From Monocercomonoides exilis PA203 (lineage: Eukaryota; Protista; Preaxostyla), in NCBI GenBank assembly GCA_001643675.2, contig LSRY02000028.1, forward strand, positions 372,001 through 436,000: DNA of 64,000 nt, read 5' to 3'. How positions within the stretch are numbered: position 1 is the first letter of the stretch; each line of letters begins with the position of its first letter. A program made the translations under genes and the position numbers. Below are positions 21,401 through 35,253 of this stretch, piece after piece. The notes beneath the pieces were generated by a model that saw only the letters and a program-made list of their open reading frames with translations, did not search any database and was not told the DNA's origin.

Positions 21401-24400
21401 CGTGAAATCCAACAAGGCGCGGCCGGCTTATCTCTTCAGATTCATCCCGAAAGTGGACAAAGCTAAACAGCAAGCAGATTCTTGCTGTAATTCTTCATCA
21501 TCATCATCATCATCTTCTTCTTCTTCTTCCCAATCAACCAACGCAAACGTGTGTCATCCGCGCTGCTCTTCAAAAGCACCACCGGCAGCGTCGACAATCA
21601 CCTCATTGAAAGATGCAGTGGTTGCCACACACGCCTCCATCAAAGCATCTCAATCAGCTGCTCTGTCAGCATATCGCGACCAGGGCGAGCTGTTGGGCAA
21701 TGACGGATTTCCTGTCTCTTCATTGTGGTCAGAAGAGGAAAAAGAGAAAGAGAAAGAAAGAGAGAAGGATGACAGACTGCTCCCAGCATCCCCACACAAT
21801 TCTGCACTTGTAGCATCGTGCACAGGCGTAAACACAAACACCGCCAATTCGACTGTGTTTATGAAGGACTCTAACACAACCAGCCACATTTCGCGCCCGC
21901 GGCGTACGCTCTTTTCTGAGACGTGCCTGTGCCACGCGCTGTCCTTCCTGGAGCTGTCTCTGAGAGAAGACATCGGACTGAGGCAGAAGATATCAGCAGC
22001 CCATTCGTTCTCCACGTTCGTCATGTGGTCCCTCTTCCCCATCACCCACCTGATGCAGCAGCCCCTGGCGTCGATCTCTTTCCCCTTTGCGGCGCTGGAC
22101 TTGAATCACAGAGAAGAAATACTGCTTGTGCTGTCATTTGCACTGTTTGAGAGGATGTGTGTGGTCGGAGGCACGAAGAGGAGAGGGCCGATGCTGGTGG
22201 TACTGGAGAAAGATGCAGAGAAGGAGCAAGGGAACGGAGAGAATGGAAAACAAGGAAAGAAAGGAGAAGAAGGATGTGAAGAAGATAAAGACAACAAAAT
22301 TGCAAGTGACTCACCTGTCTTGCTGTCTCCTTCTCCATCCCCCACGCCCGAAGAAGAAGCAGTGCATCCAAAGTTCACTGAGATTGAAGATCGACTTGTG
22401 AAAGTGTTTCAGATCAAGAACAGGGCAAGTTTGTCTATCATGACGTGTGTCATAGACGAAGATCCATGTCCAAGCACTGCCTGCTTCTGCCGTATTCCTC
22501 CCTCGGCATTTCTGAGGGTGCCCACACACCAGTCGAAGAAGGAGAAGAGAAATGCAGAAGAGAAGAGGAAAGAGGAGGAGGTGAGGAAAGAAGAGAAGGA
22601 GCTGAAGGAGCTGAAGGATGCAAAGGAGATTGATCCGTCTATCAAAATGGAGGAGGACAATGTGATTGTTGAGACAGTCAATGATTCCGCTAAATCTGAT
22701 AAATCCACTTTATCCATGCTATCTAGCTGCTCTCCTTCACCTTCATCTTCATCTTCACCTTCTTCCTCTTCTTCACCCGCACCTAAAAACAAGGTGATTG
22801 TTCCAACGGGCTACCACATAGTGGCAGAGCTGTCTCTTCTCTTCGACTACATCGATCCACAATGTGTGGAAGAGCTGAGGGAAGCAGAATTGGACCAGCA
22901 GAAGTTGAACTGCTGCGGAATCTACCATTCGAAGAGAAACAAAGAGGAAGACGACAAAAAGGAGATGGAGCAGAATGGAGGAGGGGAATCAAGTGAAAGT
23001 GAAGGAGAAAGTGGAAGCGAAAGCGAAGAAGAAGAAGAAGATGATGATGAAGATGATGACAGGATTGATTGTGGCGAGTGTTGTGTGGATGCAAGTGCAG
23101 TTGATGCCAAAATGAACACAGACAACAGCGCCAATCTGATTGAGCGCATAAAAGAGAAGAGAAAAGAAACTGCAAAACACAAAGTGGGCGAATGTTGTGA
23201 GTCGAAGAAGATGAGCAAATGTGAAGATGGAAAAGAAGGAAAAGATGAAGAAGAAGGCGAAGAAGACGCACTGATGACATACAGCTGCGGGTGTGGGTGC
23301 ACCATGACCTCCAAAGAAGTCGATTTTGCGCTGCTGATTAAACCACACTCGCCATTCTTCCCATCCTTTGCCAAGTGGAAGAATCCTCAACAGCCACCGC
23401 TTGTGTCAGACTCAGCTACACAGCAGACAGGAACAGCAGGAACAGGATCAGGAACAACAGGGACAATAACATCTGTATCAACAACAGGGATAGCAGGGAC
23501 AACTACAACAATTGCTCAACCAGCATCTTCAACACCCAATGCTCCTTTGTCAACTTCAACTGCTGCCAATCCTGTCGTTCAGCAGACACAGCCAATTCTG
23601 TCTAATCAACCAGTCATCAGCACAGCTGCTGTTCCTCTTCCTTCTATTCAGAAGCCAAATCCAATCACACCTTCAGTCTTTTCAGATGGAGCAGCACAAT
23701 CAATTGCAACATCTACTGCATCTTCAACAAATTCAACAGTGTCATCAGCACCAACCTCAACATTAGCACAACCATCATCAACAACAGTAGTATCAACTAA
23801 TGTCAACAACAACAATGCCATGAATGACTCCTCAGTTGCTGAGTCTCTCCTCCCTCCTCCTCTTCCTCTGCCCCAGCCACTCCCAGAGCCCCCCTCAAAC
23901 TGTGTCACATCCCATTCATATTCAGCGCCTGCACCGTCTGTTGCACAAATCGATCTTCACACATTCAAATCTCAATATTGGACACCCGTCCACCGCGACG
24001 CTAGTGAATTTCTGTCTGCTTTCTTTGACCTCAATCTCGTGGAGGTGTCACCTTCAGCTACTTCTCTACCAGCCATCATGCTCCGCACACTCAACTCGTT
24101 CCTCAAAAGGAAGATTTCAGAACTGCACAAAAATGCTGATTTGAAAGGGAAATGCACTGGAGATGGCGAAATTGATGGAGAAAAGATGAGTTTTCCGAGT
24201 TTCAAGCAGATTCTACCGCATCTGCTGGCTGATATTCTGCGCATCCCTTGTTTGTCCAGACTGATTGACGAAGAGACACAAAAGACCATTCAGGACATAT
24301 TCGACAGATCTCGCATCAATACTTCAGCTTCTTCTTCTCCTCCTTCTGATTCTTCTTCTGCTTCTTCCACTACTGCTATATCATCATCCTCTTCCTCTTC

Positions 24401-27400
24401 CTCCTCTTCTTCGTGCTGTTCTTCCACTCCCTTTGAGCTATGCATCTCCCCCGAAGATCTCGACACCCTTGCCAATCTTGTCCTGAAGCAGTCTTCGTAC
24501 TCTCTTTCCTCTGGCTGCGCCTCTGGTCTCCACTACGTCTTCCCGCCCACCCTCGCCCCTCCCTTCAATTCTGCCCCCTGCGTCTCCCCCTTCATCACCT
24601 CTCAGATTCTCTCTCACTTCTCTCTCTTAACACCAATCTTGGCCTCCTTCAATCTCTGGCCATCAGCGTTGGTGGCAGCAAACGAGGCGGTGCGTATCGC
24701 TTCCAGGCAGTTCCATCGAAAAGGGATGATTTCATTCATCACCTCTTCTTCCTCTCTCACCTCGTCCACCACAAACAGCCTTGCCACGGTTCACAATGCA
24801 TTTCCTCCACTTGCACTGGCATATCAGCAGATTCTGACATCTGCTCTGGCTGCTCTTCCATCTTATGTGTATCTGCCTTCTTCATCTAACAACAATAACA
24901 ACAACAACAATAATAATAATAATGACAGTAATACTAATTCATCATCATCTTCTTCTCCTTCATTCAGCAGCAGAAGCACCCTCGACGATCTGATCCAACC
25001 ATATGCCCTGTGTGTACATCCCTATGAGAACTCCCCTGCACCCACCATCCATTCGAACTCTTTGCTTCGCGAGTCCTTCAAGCAGTTCTTTGTTCTGGTG
25101 CAGCTGATGCGACACTTCAACACCGATGCATTTGTCGTGCAGGCTTATGAAACGTCCATCATCTTCTTCAAAGAACTGCTCCAGCAGTTCAACATACACA
25201 AGACTGCTAAGCCCATCCTCCCCACAGCTGTCCAACAACCTTCTCTTTCTCCTTCCTCCTTGTCTTCTCTCGCTGGCTTCTCTTCCTATTCTTCCTCATA
25301 CTCTTCAACTGCCCCTATCACTCCATCTCCTCTCTGTCAGTCCAGCACTTGTTCCTCCTCTTCCTCTTCTTCTTCTTCAGCAGCCGTCGAACACTTTGTC
25401 TGCCACTGCCCCAAAACAGGCTCTCAGCCCTTCGTCTGCTGCTGCTTCCCATTCGAGACAAACACCAAAGAGCTTCCTCCTTTCTTGTCTAACTTGTTTC
25501 TGAAGACCGTCCACTTCTTCCTGCAGCACTCGTCGCATCTGCCTTCTCCACGGCACGATTACCCGCCAGAGACACACCCAGCACACTTACTCAATTTTGG
25601 AGATACAGTCTCCATTCACACTTCAAGAGCATCCATCTTTGAGGAGGAGAAGCGCATACAGATGGGCGATATGGACTGGGATCCTGCGTGCATCTTCCAG
25701 TCAGACGAGGAAGAGGAGAAGGAAAGAGACCAGGTGAATGTGAGGAACCTGGTGTCGTCAATGAAGGCGCAGGCAGCATCTGCTACAGGGAAAACGGAAG
25801 GCACACAAGGAGTGAATGCGAATGGAGCGGGGTTCAATGCGTCTTCAGCGACTGCTTCATCATCATCATCATCATCATCAACAACAACAACAACAGATAT
25901 AAAGCTTGATACATCTTCTTTGGATTTAGTTGCAGGGAATTCTTTGTCAGCATCTGCATCATCTTCTTCTGCTGCTGCTTCAATAAGTGGGGTGCCTCCG
26001 ATGGTGAGTTCGATACTAGCCAGCACAGTTGTTGAGCCAGCTCCTCTGAATGGGAAAGAGAAAGGGCGCGAGAAAGGGAAAGGGATGAGCATTGAGGAGA
26101 GAAGGAAGAGGGCAGCCGAAAGGCGATCGCAGGTGTCAACGAGAGAGAGAACAAAAGAACAATACAGATCGATGATTAAACCCAATGCAGACGACGACAA
26201 CATCGGGAGAGGGAAAGTGAAATCAGAGGAAGAAAGAATGAACATGAAGAATGCAGAAGATGAAGACGAAAGAAGAGCGAAAGAAGAAGAGGAAGAAGAT
26301 GATGATGAGAAGATACCAGGCACCGTGTTTCCAATGACTGTCACGTATCCTTTGCCCATTCCTTCGCTCTCATCTGGTGTCAATTTCCCCTCTTTCCCTT
26401 CATTCCCTTCGTTCCCTCCATTTCCTCAGCCGCTTTCCTCCTCTTCATCTTCAGCCAATCAAAACAAGCTGCCCAGCAATATGCCGATGGCTCAGGTGCA
26501 CAAGAACCCACTTGTCCATTCAAACACCTCTCCTCGTCTGCCTCAGATGAACGAACCAGCCTCTTCTTCCGACACAACATCCTCTTCGCTCGTGAAGGAA
26601 GTGCGCATTGCACTGCACTCAGTCACAAATGAAGTGACTGCTGTTCCCATTGGCACAGAACCAGAGCTGTTTTCATCAGCACCTCCTACCCCGCTCTCTT
26701 CATCACTCACAGCCACACCCAATCCAGCTGGGAAGGCGTCTGGAGCTCATTTGGGAAAGAACGCCAACAGCAGAGAAAGCACTCCATTTTTGGGGGCAGA
26801 GCAGCAGGAGGAGAACAGCGATGGAGAGAACGAGATGTATATGAATGGAGACGATGGAGGAAGAGGGAAGATGAGGGGGAAAGGGAAAGGGAAAGGAAGA
26901 GGAGGCAAAAGTGGGATGGGTGGAGACGAATACGAAGGAGATGGTATGTCGAAGGTGAAGAGAAGCTTCAAGGACTTCACACATGATAGTCAGCTTCTGT
27001 CTGGGAAAGGAGGGAGTGCAATGCAGGCAAAGAAAGGGAAGAGGCACAAGAGAAGACGAAACCTGAAAGGAGGCGAAGAATCAGACGAAGACGACGATCT
27101 TGAAGAGTTCTATGGATCAATGGGTGGAGGTGCTTCTGGAGGGAATGGCAAAGGCAAAGCAGGATCCGATGTTCAGGGAAGTTCTGCACCGTTTCCTTCA
27201 GTTGGATCGTCGTCTGCTGGTGTTGGAGGACTATCAAGAGGCGCATCTGCATCCGGTGCGGGCAACCAGCCTCTTCCAGGCACAGTTGGTGCTCGCTCGT
27301 CTGCTGTCACATTCCAGGTGCCTTTCTTCAACCAACAAATCGGTCTGCAACTGAAACCTTTGCCTCCATCACCTTATGTCGTCACGCCAAACACGACTTC

Positions 27401-28442
27401 TTCAAATGCTTCGTCTCAATCATCTTCTTCAGGTCCTGGTCAGCAGTATTACCAGCCCTCGTTCCTGTATCCCTCATCGTCGGGTGTACTGCATCCATCT
27501 GCGCTTCAACAGCAGTTCATGTCCCAATCATCTGGCTATCGGCAGGGCTATTCGTATTTCATTGCGCAGCCAAGTTCAAATGCCCAACAACAATTCAGCT
27601 CATCTTCTCAGACTTCAAATTCTGCTCCTCAAAACAGCAGCTCTGCCTCAAATACAAAAGGAGCAGGTTCTTCTTTGCAGACAAAGACACAAAGAGCAGG
27701 AAGCCAGCACATGTTCCCGCAGCAGCTTTCATTCGGACAGGAACCGCTTGTGCTAACACCGCTGATCTATCAGGGAGCATCACAGGCAGCTGGATCTTCC
27801 TCTGCAAGCACAGGATCAGCATCTGGGATGATGCGCACTCCTTCTCCGAGTGCAGTTCCGATGGGGCAATCGCAGCTGATGGCGCTAAGCGGAGCATTCG
27901 TTGGAGCTGATGGTCAACCACGTGGAGACGAGATCTTCCTTGTCAGCACTCCTAGTCTACCATCCACAACTCCTTCGTCACCTTCCCCCTCTCCATCGGT
28001 TGCAGCTGGACGTGGCTCGTTTGGAGAGTACAGCATCTTCAGTGGACAGATGGTAATGAACAGCGGAGCAAACAGCGGGTCAAGCAGTGGGAGAGAAGAA
28101 GAAGAAGGCAGAGGCGGGTTCTTCTCGGGATTATCGGCAGATTCACCGATGATCGACTCGTTTGGCTTTGGGAGCAGCTCTGTGTATTCTCCGCTTCTTG
28201 CGCCGGCAGCAGAGTTTCCTGGCTACAGCTCGCCGATGCTCAGCGGGCGGATGCGCCAGATGGCAAATGGAAGTGGCAGCAATGGCGGAGACAGTGATGG
28301 AGATGGTGCGGCCTCTCTTGTGTCTCCACCTTCATCTTCATCAGGATTCGACTTCGACGACTCGATGGCTGGCGATATGCTTCCACAGCTACTCTTCTCC
28401 ACACTGGGACTGGGGATGGAGGTGGATGCTGAAGACTTCTAA
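18434..28442 (+). CDS. ~3,260-aa protein with N-terminal Zn(II)2Cys6 (GAL4-type) binuclear cluster; putative transcription factor
   Basis: Exons 18434-18483, 18555-18572, 18663-18751 and 18817-28442 (all GT-AG, phases compatible) give MESRYAVLQACDRCRMKKTKCDGGHPCASCKQRRFECTYDMPVKKRGP, which fits C-x2-C-x6-C-x5-C-x2-C-x6-C, fused to the 3,228-aa ORF. Confidence 0.85.
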
Positions 28443-29567
28443 TATAAAAGTGACATGATAAGTGATATGAAAAGAAATTATACAAATGAATCTGTCGAGT
28501 AGCTTTGTACACGATCGTAGGAGATTGTTAAGAAAAGTAATTTGCATTGAGAATCTTTGAGCAAGTTGTAGATTATTTATTTTCCAACAATCTTCAACTA
28601 GAGATGTTACTTTTGAGTCAACCATTCGCCACGCCTTGTTTTACAAAGCCTTTCCATTCTCTTTGTAAGAATTGTTGCATTTAGAGAGAATGATGAAAAA
28701 CGGAGTGTTTTTGTTGAAATTTAAGTGAAAGTTTATCGAAAAAAAAAGGAGGGAACTGATAATATCACGTGAGGAGGGGGAAACGATTTTAATTTTTTTA
28801 ATAAAGAATTGCTTAGGGTTTTTAATTGAATGTTACGCATTGCGATTAACTTATAATCGAAAGTGCAGTTTTTTTTTATTGGCTGTAAGTTGATGAATAT
28901 CCATTATATTGCTTGATAATTAGTTATCTTGTGGCTTTTTTGTTGGAGAAAACTGTGGTTGCTTTTGAATATTAATATTGATGGCTTAGTTATTTTGCAT
29001 GTTGTTTTCTTTTTGTATGTATTCGTTTTATTTTTTGAACTGTTTTTATTTGCATCAATTATCACCGTTTTCTTATTCGCAATTGCAAAAAAGTGGAAAT
29101 TTTCATACCAAGTTTTTGATAAGAAGAATTATTATCTGTCAATGTTTCGAATGAGTGATATATCAGTAATGATGTAATGTGAAATTGTTTTTGTTCTTTT
29201 CTTTCTTGAAAGTTGATTTGATTTACATAGATTTCATTATTATCCCTCCATTATGTGATTGTACTCTTATTTATTATTGCACAAAAAGACGGAAACCTTC
29301 AAGCAATTTTAAAATTTTGTTTAATGTTGCAACTATTTTAAAGTGGTACAAAGTTTAAATAGATAAAGTGAGGAACATGAAAGAAATTGTAATGAAAAGT
29401 ATGTTGATTGTAATTGAAGTGGATGAAACAAAACAAACAAATAAGTTATGAAATACACAACATAACAAAAGTTCACAAAGGAAGGAATTTTTATTGAAGT
29501 GAGAAAGAAATGCGAGGTGAGTGTATGATAATTAACAGCACAAGCGTTGTCTGTTTGGAGCTGCTTC

Positions 29568-32500
29568 TCATTCATCATCATCAACCCATTCTTCTGCTTC
29601 TTCGTGTTCATCTTCTTCCATCATTTGATCGTTTGAGCCTGCAAACTGACCACCTTCATTTGCTGATGACTGAGTGTTCCCTGCATCTGCCATTTCGTCC
29701 ATTATTCCAATAGACTCAGGAGTGACTCCTTTGAACTGGCAGATCTGGTCAATCAACTCTCTTTCGAGATAAGGGCCTACCATTATTCCACGCTGAGACA
29801 TCTCCTGCAGCAGAGAAAAGGCGTCGTCCATCTGATGAACTGCATGAAAGTGCTGGATGAGCTGTGCATAGATATCTCCAGTCCTGACTGCCTGCTCCAC
29901 ATCCTCTTCTGACAGCAGCATCTTCAGCATCCTCACCATTTCCATAGGATCGGTGGGCTCCAGTTCTTTCGCTTTCAAGAACAGTTCCACAAGACTGATT
30001 CGCCTGGCAAGCGATGTCACTCTTTGTGCCTTGTCGGGTGATTGTGACAGACGCTGATATCGCATAGCCTCTCTGAGCGCCATAAGAGCCTTCTCATACT
30101 CCAAATACTCGTCAATCTCCACCTGGGCACACGACTCGTAGAATGCAACAAGCGCATCCATTGCTTTCCCTTTCTGATACATTTGCACAATGTACTTCAG
30201 AATCTCAGGCTTTGAACGCCATTCAAGTCGTTCGAGATAATTGCCGACCATCACATACACCTTCTCCTCCCTACAGAGATTGGCAAATGCAATCACTTTC
30301 TCCATGTTTCCACTGCTGATAAGTGAATTGCATGCAGATGTCAAATCACCAGAGTCGGTGAAATACTTCGCAGCAGTTTGATACGACTGCTGGGTGTGCA
30401 GCACTGTTGCCATCGAATGCAGATACTGCTGCTTTTGATGCTGGCTGATCTGAAACGGGTTTCGCTGCAGTCGTTGTGAAGGACCGAAAGGAGATTCAGC
30501 TCGTTCTATCTCTTCACTGTCTTGATCATCACCGTCTTCGCCTGGCTGTTCTGGTGCAAGCTTGCTATTGATTGCATCTTCGATTCTCTGAGCAAGTTCG
30601 TCTGTCAGTCGGATGTTCCTCGAAGAGCACAGATCGAATATTGTGTCAAATTCACCAGCTGCGCAAAGCATGTTGATGGCTTTGTCGAATTTGTCGATAG
30701 AGACAAAGAACTTTGCGCACTGAACAAGCAACGTTGGGTCGGCATCTGAAGAAATATCATCAGCAATTTGATGCAACGATTCAGTCAGGTTTCCTTTGAA
30801 GCAAACATCGATTGCCTCGTTCAATGCGCCCGCTCTTCGATATAATGTAAATGCTTTTTCAAACATTGCTTTCTCTTCATAGAACTTTCCTGCTTCGACC
30901 ATTCCTTGCTTCGTTCCTTTCAGCGCAAGCATCATCACGCCATTCTCACTTTCCCTTCCTTTCCCATCAGCCTCATCCCATCCACCGCTAACATATCCTC
31001 CTTCATTCTCCAATACCATCGCTAATTTCAGCGCTTTTAAGTGTCTTCCACATGCTGCGTACAAGTTTATGGCCTTTGATATTTGCCCATTCTTTTCCAT
31101 CACCTGTGCCAAATGTTGCGCAGCCAGTGTATCCTTTGATTCCATCACCACTTTCTCAGCCTCGTCTGTCCTTCCCATGTAGCAAAGCAGTCGCACCAGA
31201 GGCAAAATTGCATTGCCCTGACGATAATATTTCAGGGCTTCTTCTCCTCTTCCTTCGCTCTCACAGATCTGACCCCACTGTGCTTTAGCTTGAGGTGACT
31301 CTGTCACATCAAGAAAGCGCTTTAAATCAGAGGAGCGTCCAGAAAAATACAGCAGTCGTACAACTTCAGTGTCGGAGGTGTTTGCTTCCTCGTAGTGTTG
31401 AATAGCGCCAACAACATTTCCAGTAGATTCCAAATGCTGAGCATACAGATGGTGTGTGGATGATAAATGAATGCGATCTTTCTCCTTTGCAATCTTCAGC
31501 GCATTCGTCCATTTCCCGCTCCACTGATAGTATTTGTTCACAAGATCCCATCTGTTGCACTCCTTCATCAGCTTCTCTGCTTCGTCATATAATCCCAGTT
31601 GTATAGCCACCATTGCCAGCTGCGCTTCTGGCTGCGGCTCAGCTCTTGCTTCGCGCAGTGCAATCATCCCGCGTATGTGTCCCATGTTGCGCAGGCAGAT
31701 CTCCATAATGTCCAGCCGGCGGGTTTTCACACACAGCCTCGCCATGTTCTCCCACATCTGTGTTGATTTGATCGCCCGCACGTTTTTGTAGGCCTCGTCC
31801 ATGTTGCCCATTGTGAGGTTGAAGGTGAAGTCGCGCATGGCTGTCAGTGTGGCTACGTCAGGTGATGACAGCCCTTCATACTCTCTCATAATTTCCCGTT
31901 CCACAAGCTGCTGCCCTCGCTCCATTCCTGTCGAACGCACAGAGAAAAACAAATACGGAATCGAGCAGCCAAGAAGAGTTTGGTGCTGCTCTTTCATTGT
32001 AAATCTGTCAGAAAGAAGAATTCCTTTGTCTTTTGAGAAAAACATTGTTGCAATCTATGTGGAAATAAATTGAGAAGAAAAAAAATTAATTAATTAAAAA
32101 TTGAAAATCATTCTTTGAAAATAAAACAGATAAGCAATACCTCCAAGTGTCTATCACGAGAATCATGCCATTTCCCATCAATTGGGTCTCTGATGAGTTT
32201 TTTCAGTGCAACGCAGAAGAATCGAGGATCGTGCAAGTCCCACAGATGAGCGATTGGATAGCAGTTGATGGGAAGGAAATCATATGAAAAGAGAGATCCT
32301 CTGTCAACTGAGTACACGTGGATACGTGTGTCAGGGATGGTTGCTCTGCTCAGCTGCTGCACCGAAGCATCGTTCATTTCTTCAGGCGCCACCAGACACT
32401 GCACGCTCACTGCCGACCCGTTTGCTGACACCACCAGTGACACAGGCGCTCCTTTGGTAAACCTCCACGGCGCTGTTGAAAGCACAGCTTCTGGGCCACT

Positions 32501-34955
32501 CACATCCAGCACTTTGACTGTTCCTTGCTTTGATCCCACTGCAAGATGATCACCTTTTGCAGACAGCCCCAAACACACAGGCTCCCCTTCGTCTGCTGCA
32601 AATGGAAGAGACTGTTTGATTGTACCCTTCAGATTCGTTACATACACATTCTGCTCGCTGCATATATACAGCGACTGCCCTTTCACAGCAATGCTCTGCG
32701 ACTGGAAGTCAAAGCGGGTCTCCAGAATAGGCAGACGCGGTGCCAATTTGGCATTTGTTGAACCAGAGCCGTTGATGAACACACCAGAGCTCGCATCTCC
32801 GCTTCCGCCGCTCGAAAAGGATGATCTTCTGGCCATGCTGCTGTCATCATCTTCGTCATCCCCACTGTTCGATGGGTTGATGTTGTAGCACTCTACCGCC
32901 TTGCCGCTCCACACAATCATCCGCTTAGCATCCAGAGTCAGTCCTGCCACTTTGACGCCTGTGTTCAGCTTGATGCTCGACTGCCCCAAATGCTCCAGTG
33001 CCACCTCCTTCCCGCCTGTCTGTATAGCTGCCACACTCTCAGACATCACAGCCTTGTGCTCCGTGTGCTTCACAGTCGTCACTCCTCGGTTGCACAGAGC
33101 ACCGTATATCCTGCCGAGTGGGCCAGGTCCCCAGTGGATGCTTTCTACGGGCTGTTCTATTTCGTGTGTCTCGCACAGCTCCCAGCACTCTGCTCCTGAC
33201 GCCAGCACCACTTCGTCGTCGTTGTTGCCGATCCCTTCTTCGAATGCAGTTGTGTATGTGCCTGATGAAGCAGAAGCAGAAGAGGAAGCAGATGAAGATG
33301 ACGGAGAGAATCCCTTTGCCCCCTTGGAATCATTCACAGCATTAGCCTCGTCTGGATAAAACCTCCACACGCACGCTTTGCCTGAGGCAGTGGCAGCGAT
33401 GAGAGAGCGAGTGTGCTCTTCAAAGGCAACAGTGATGAATGGATCGTCTTGTGTTATGAAACTTTCTCTGGTGCTGACAGTGATAGTGGAATTTGACTGA
33501 GAAGAAGAGAATTCGGATGAAGTGGATGCAGAAGAGGGTGATGGAGTGGATGAGGCAGAAGGAGCAGGAGAAGCAGTGCCTGATGGATTTGAGAGAGTGT
33601 TGGTCTGCTTCCTTTTGACAGTCTTTGGGGTGTCCAGGATGTAGTTGTCGCCTGTGTCGAGATTCAGCAGACGCACAAATGGCTCATCAGCCAAAATGCA
33701 AAGAAGACTCGTTGACTGAGACACCCAGCACGAATCGCGAAGCACAGCATCTGGTGTGGATGATGCAATTGTTGTCTATTGTGGATATGCAATGTTTCGA
33801 ATGAAAAGAAGAAGATAAAAGAAAAGAAAAGAAAGAAATATGGAATTATCAATTAAATATTCTTGCAAAACCGTTTGTGGTGAAGCACCATCAAGAATGC
33901 TGAGATCAAAGGTGTACATCATCAGATTCTGCATCAGTAGTACAGCTGAATCTTTCGTAGGAGAATATAAAATCGACTGGGGAGGACCAGAAAGTTGTCT
34001 AAGAAAGTGTACCCCAAAATATTATCATTGTATTAAAATAGTGTTGTTTTATTAAAAAAATGAGTTCAAACGATCCAATGCAAGTGTAATGATCTTCATC
34101 TTCATCAATATAAAACACGTTTCCATCAGCAGTCACCGAAACGAACTGAGTCGCAGGCACTCTCGATGGATCAGCTGGTGGTCTGCGAAATATAATGTAT
34201 ATTTTTGTGTGAATTACATCAAGTTGACAAAACAAAGAATTGCATACAATGGAGATCTAAAGACAGATGAAACAACAGCAGAACTCAGATTGTACTTTAA
34301 AATTGGGAACATGTCCCTTTCTGTACCTTCTGTATCTTCCATTTGCCATAAGCAAATGTCACCAGCCTTAAATGAACGAGGAAATGAAAAATTAAAAAAG
34401 TTAAAAATAATGTTTTTTTGAAAAACTTCAAAAACATAAAGGATGTTATGCAACAAACTCTGTCTCCTGTTAAAATTCTTGATCCAGACAAATCCCAAAC
34501 AATGCTGTCGATGGGATTCTGATGTTGTTCATCGTACGTTTTTATCTTTTTATGATGGAAAAGATAAATCTTTCCGTCTTCACAACCAGTGATAAGCACA
34601 GTATGATTTGGATCCCTGTCAAATTTTTAAACAAAAAATTTTATTTCCAAAATGCAAATAATAAAGTCAAAAATACCATGAGCATTTCGTAGGTGTTGAA
34701 TCGCAAGAAAAGTCGAAAATGCTTGTCCCCTGTAAAAATATAGTAAATGTAATTTATGTGCATTTTAATTTATCAATACATTGTTAAGAAGTGAATAAAA
34801 CAGAAATAATAATAAAATGTTATTTTTCAACAAACCTCATCATTACAAATGACAACTTTTCTTTCTGAGCCAAGGCCTATAGCGTATATTTGTGCTAATG
34901 TATGAAATGCACCACATGTCAAATTTCTCCATGAAGTATGAAAATTTTTCGGCAT
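29568..34955 (-). CDS. IFT140: Intraflagellar transport protein 140 (IFT-A), multi-exon; start approximate
   Basis: C-terminal exon has FTFNLTMGNMDEAYKNVRAIKSTQMWENMARLCVKTRRLD, AMVAIQLG, KDRIHLSSTHHLYAQHLE and FYESCAQVEIDEYLEYEKAL. N-terminal WD40 exons include CSWDPNHTVLITGCEDGK and WDLSGSRILTGD. Confidence 0.93.
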
Positions 34956-35253
34956 TTGATGAGAAATGATGGGTGTCGAAAAACTGACAAAACTTAAATT
35001 TTCATCATATGTTTAAATTATTTCTCTCTGAGTCTTAAAAGATAAATCATTGATTATAAATATAGCATACGAGCTTTAAATTGACATTTTTTGGGGAAAA
35101 AATCTAATAAACTTTATCAAAAACTTTAATCTTTCAAATATCCTTCATCCAAAAAAATAAATAAGATGTGAAATGAATGTATTCAATCTTTTAAAGTGAA
35201 ATGAATAGATTTTTTACATTTTTTTTCATCTAGTAACATTGAGTTGTGAATTT

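Noticed and set aside
28443-29560. Possible snRNA or other ncRNA in the convergent intergenic region
   Set aside because: Only weak partial hairpins and T-runs, with no recognisable conserved RNA motif.
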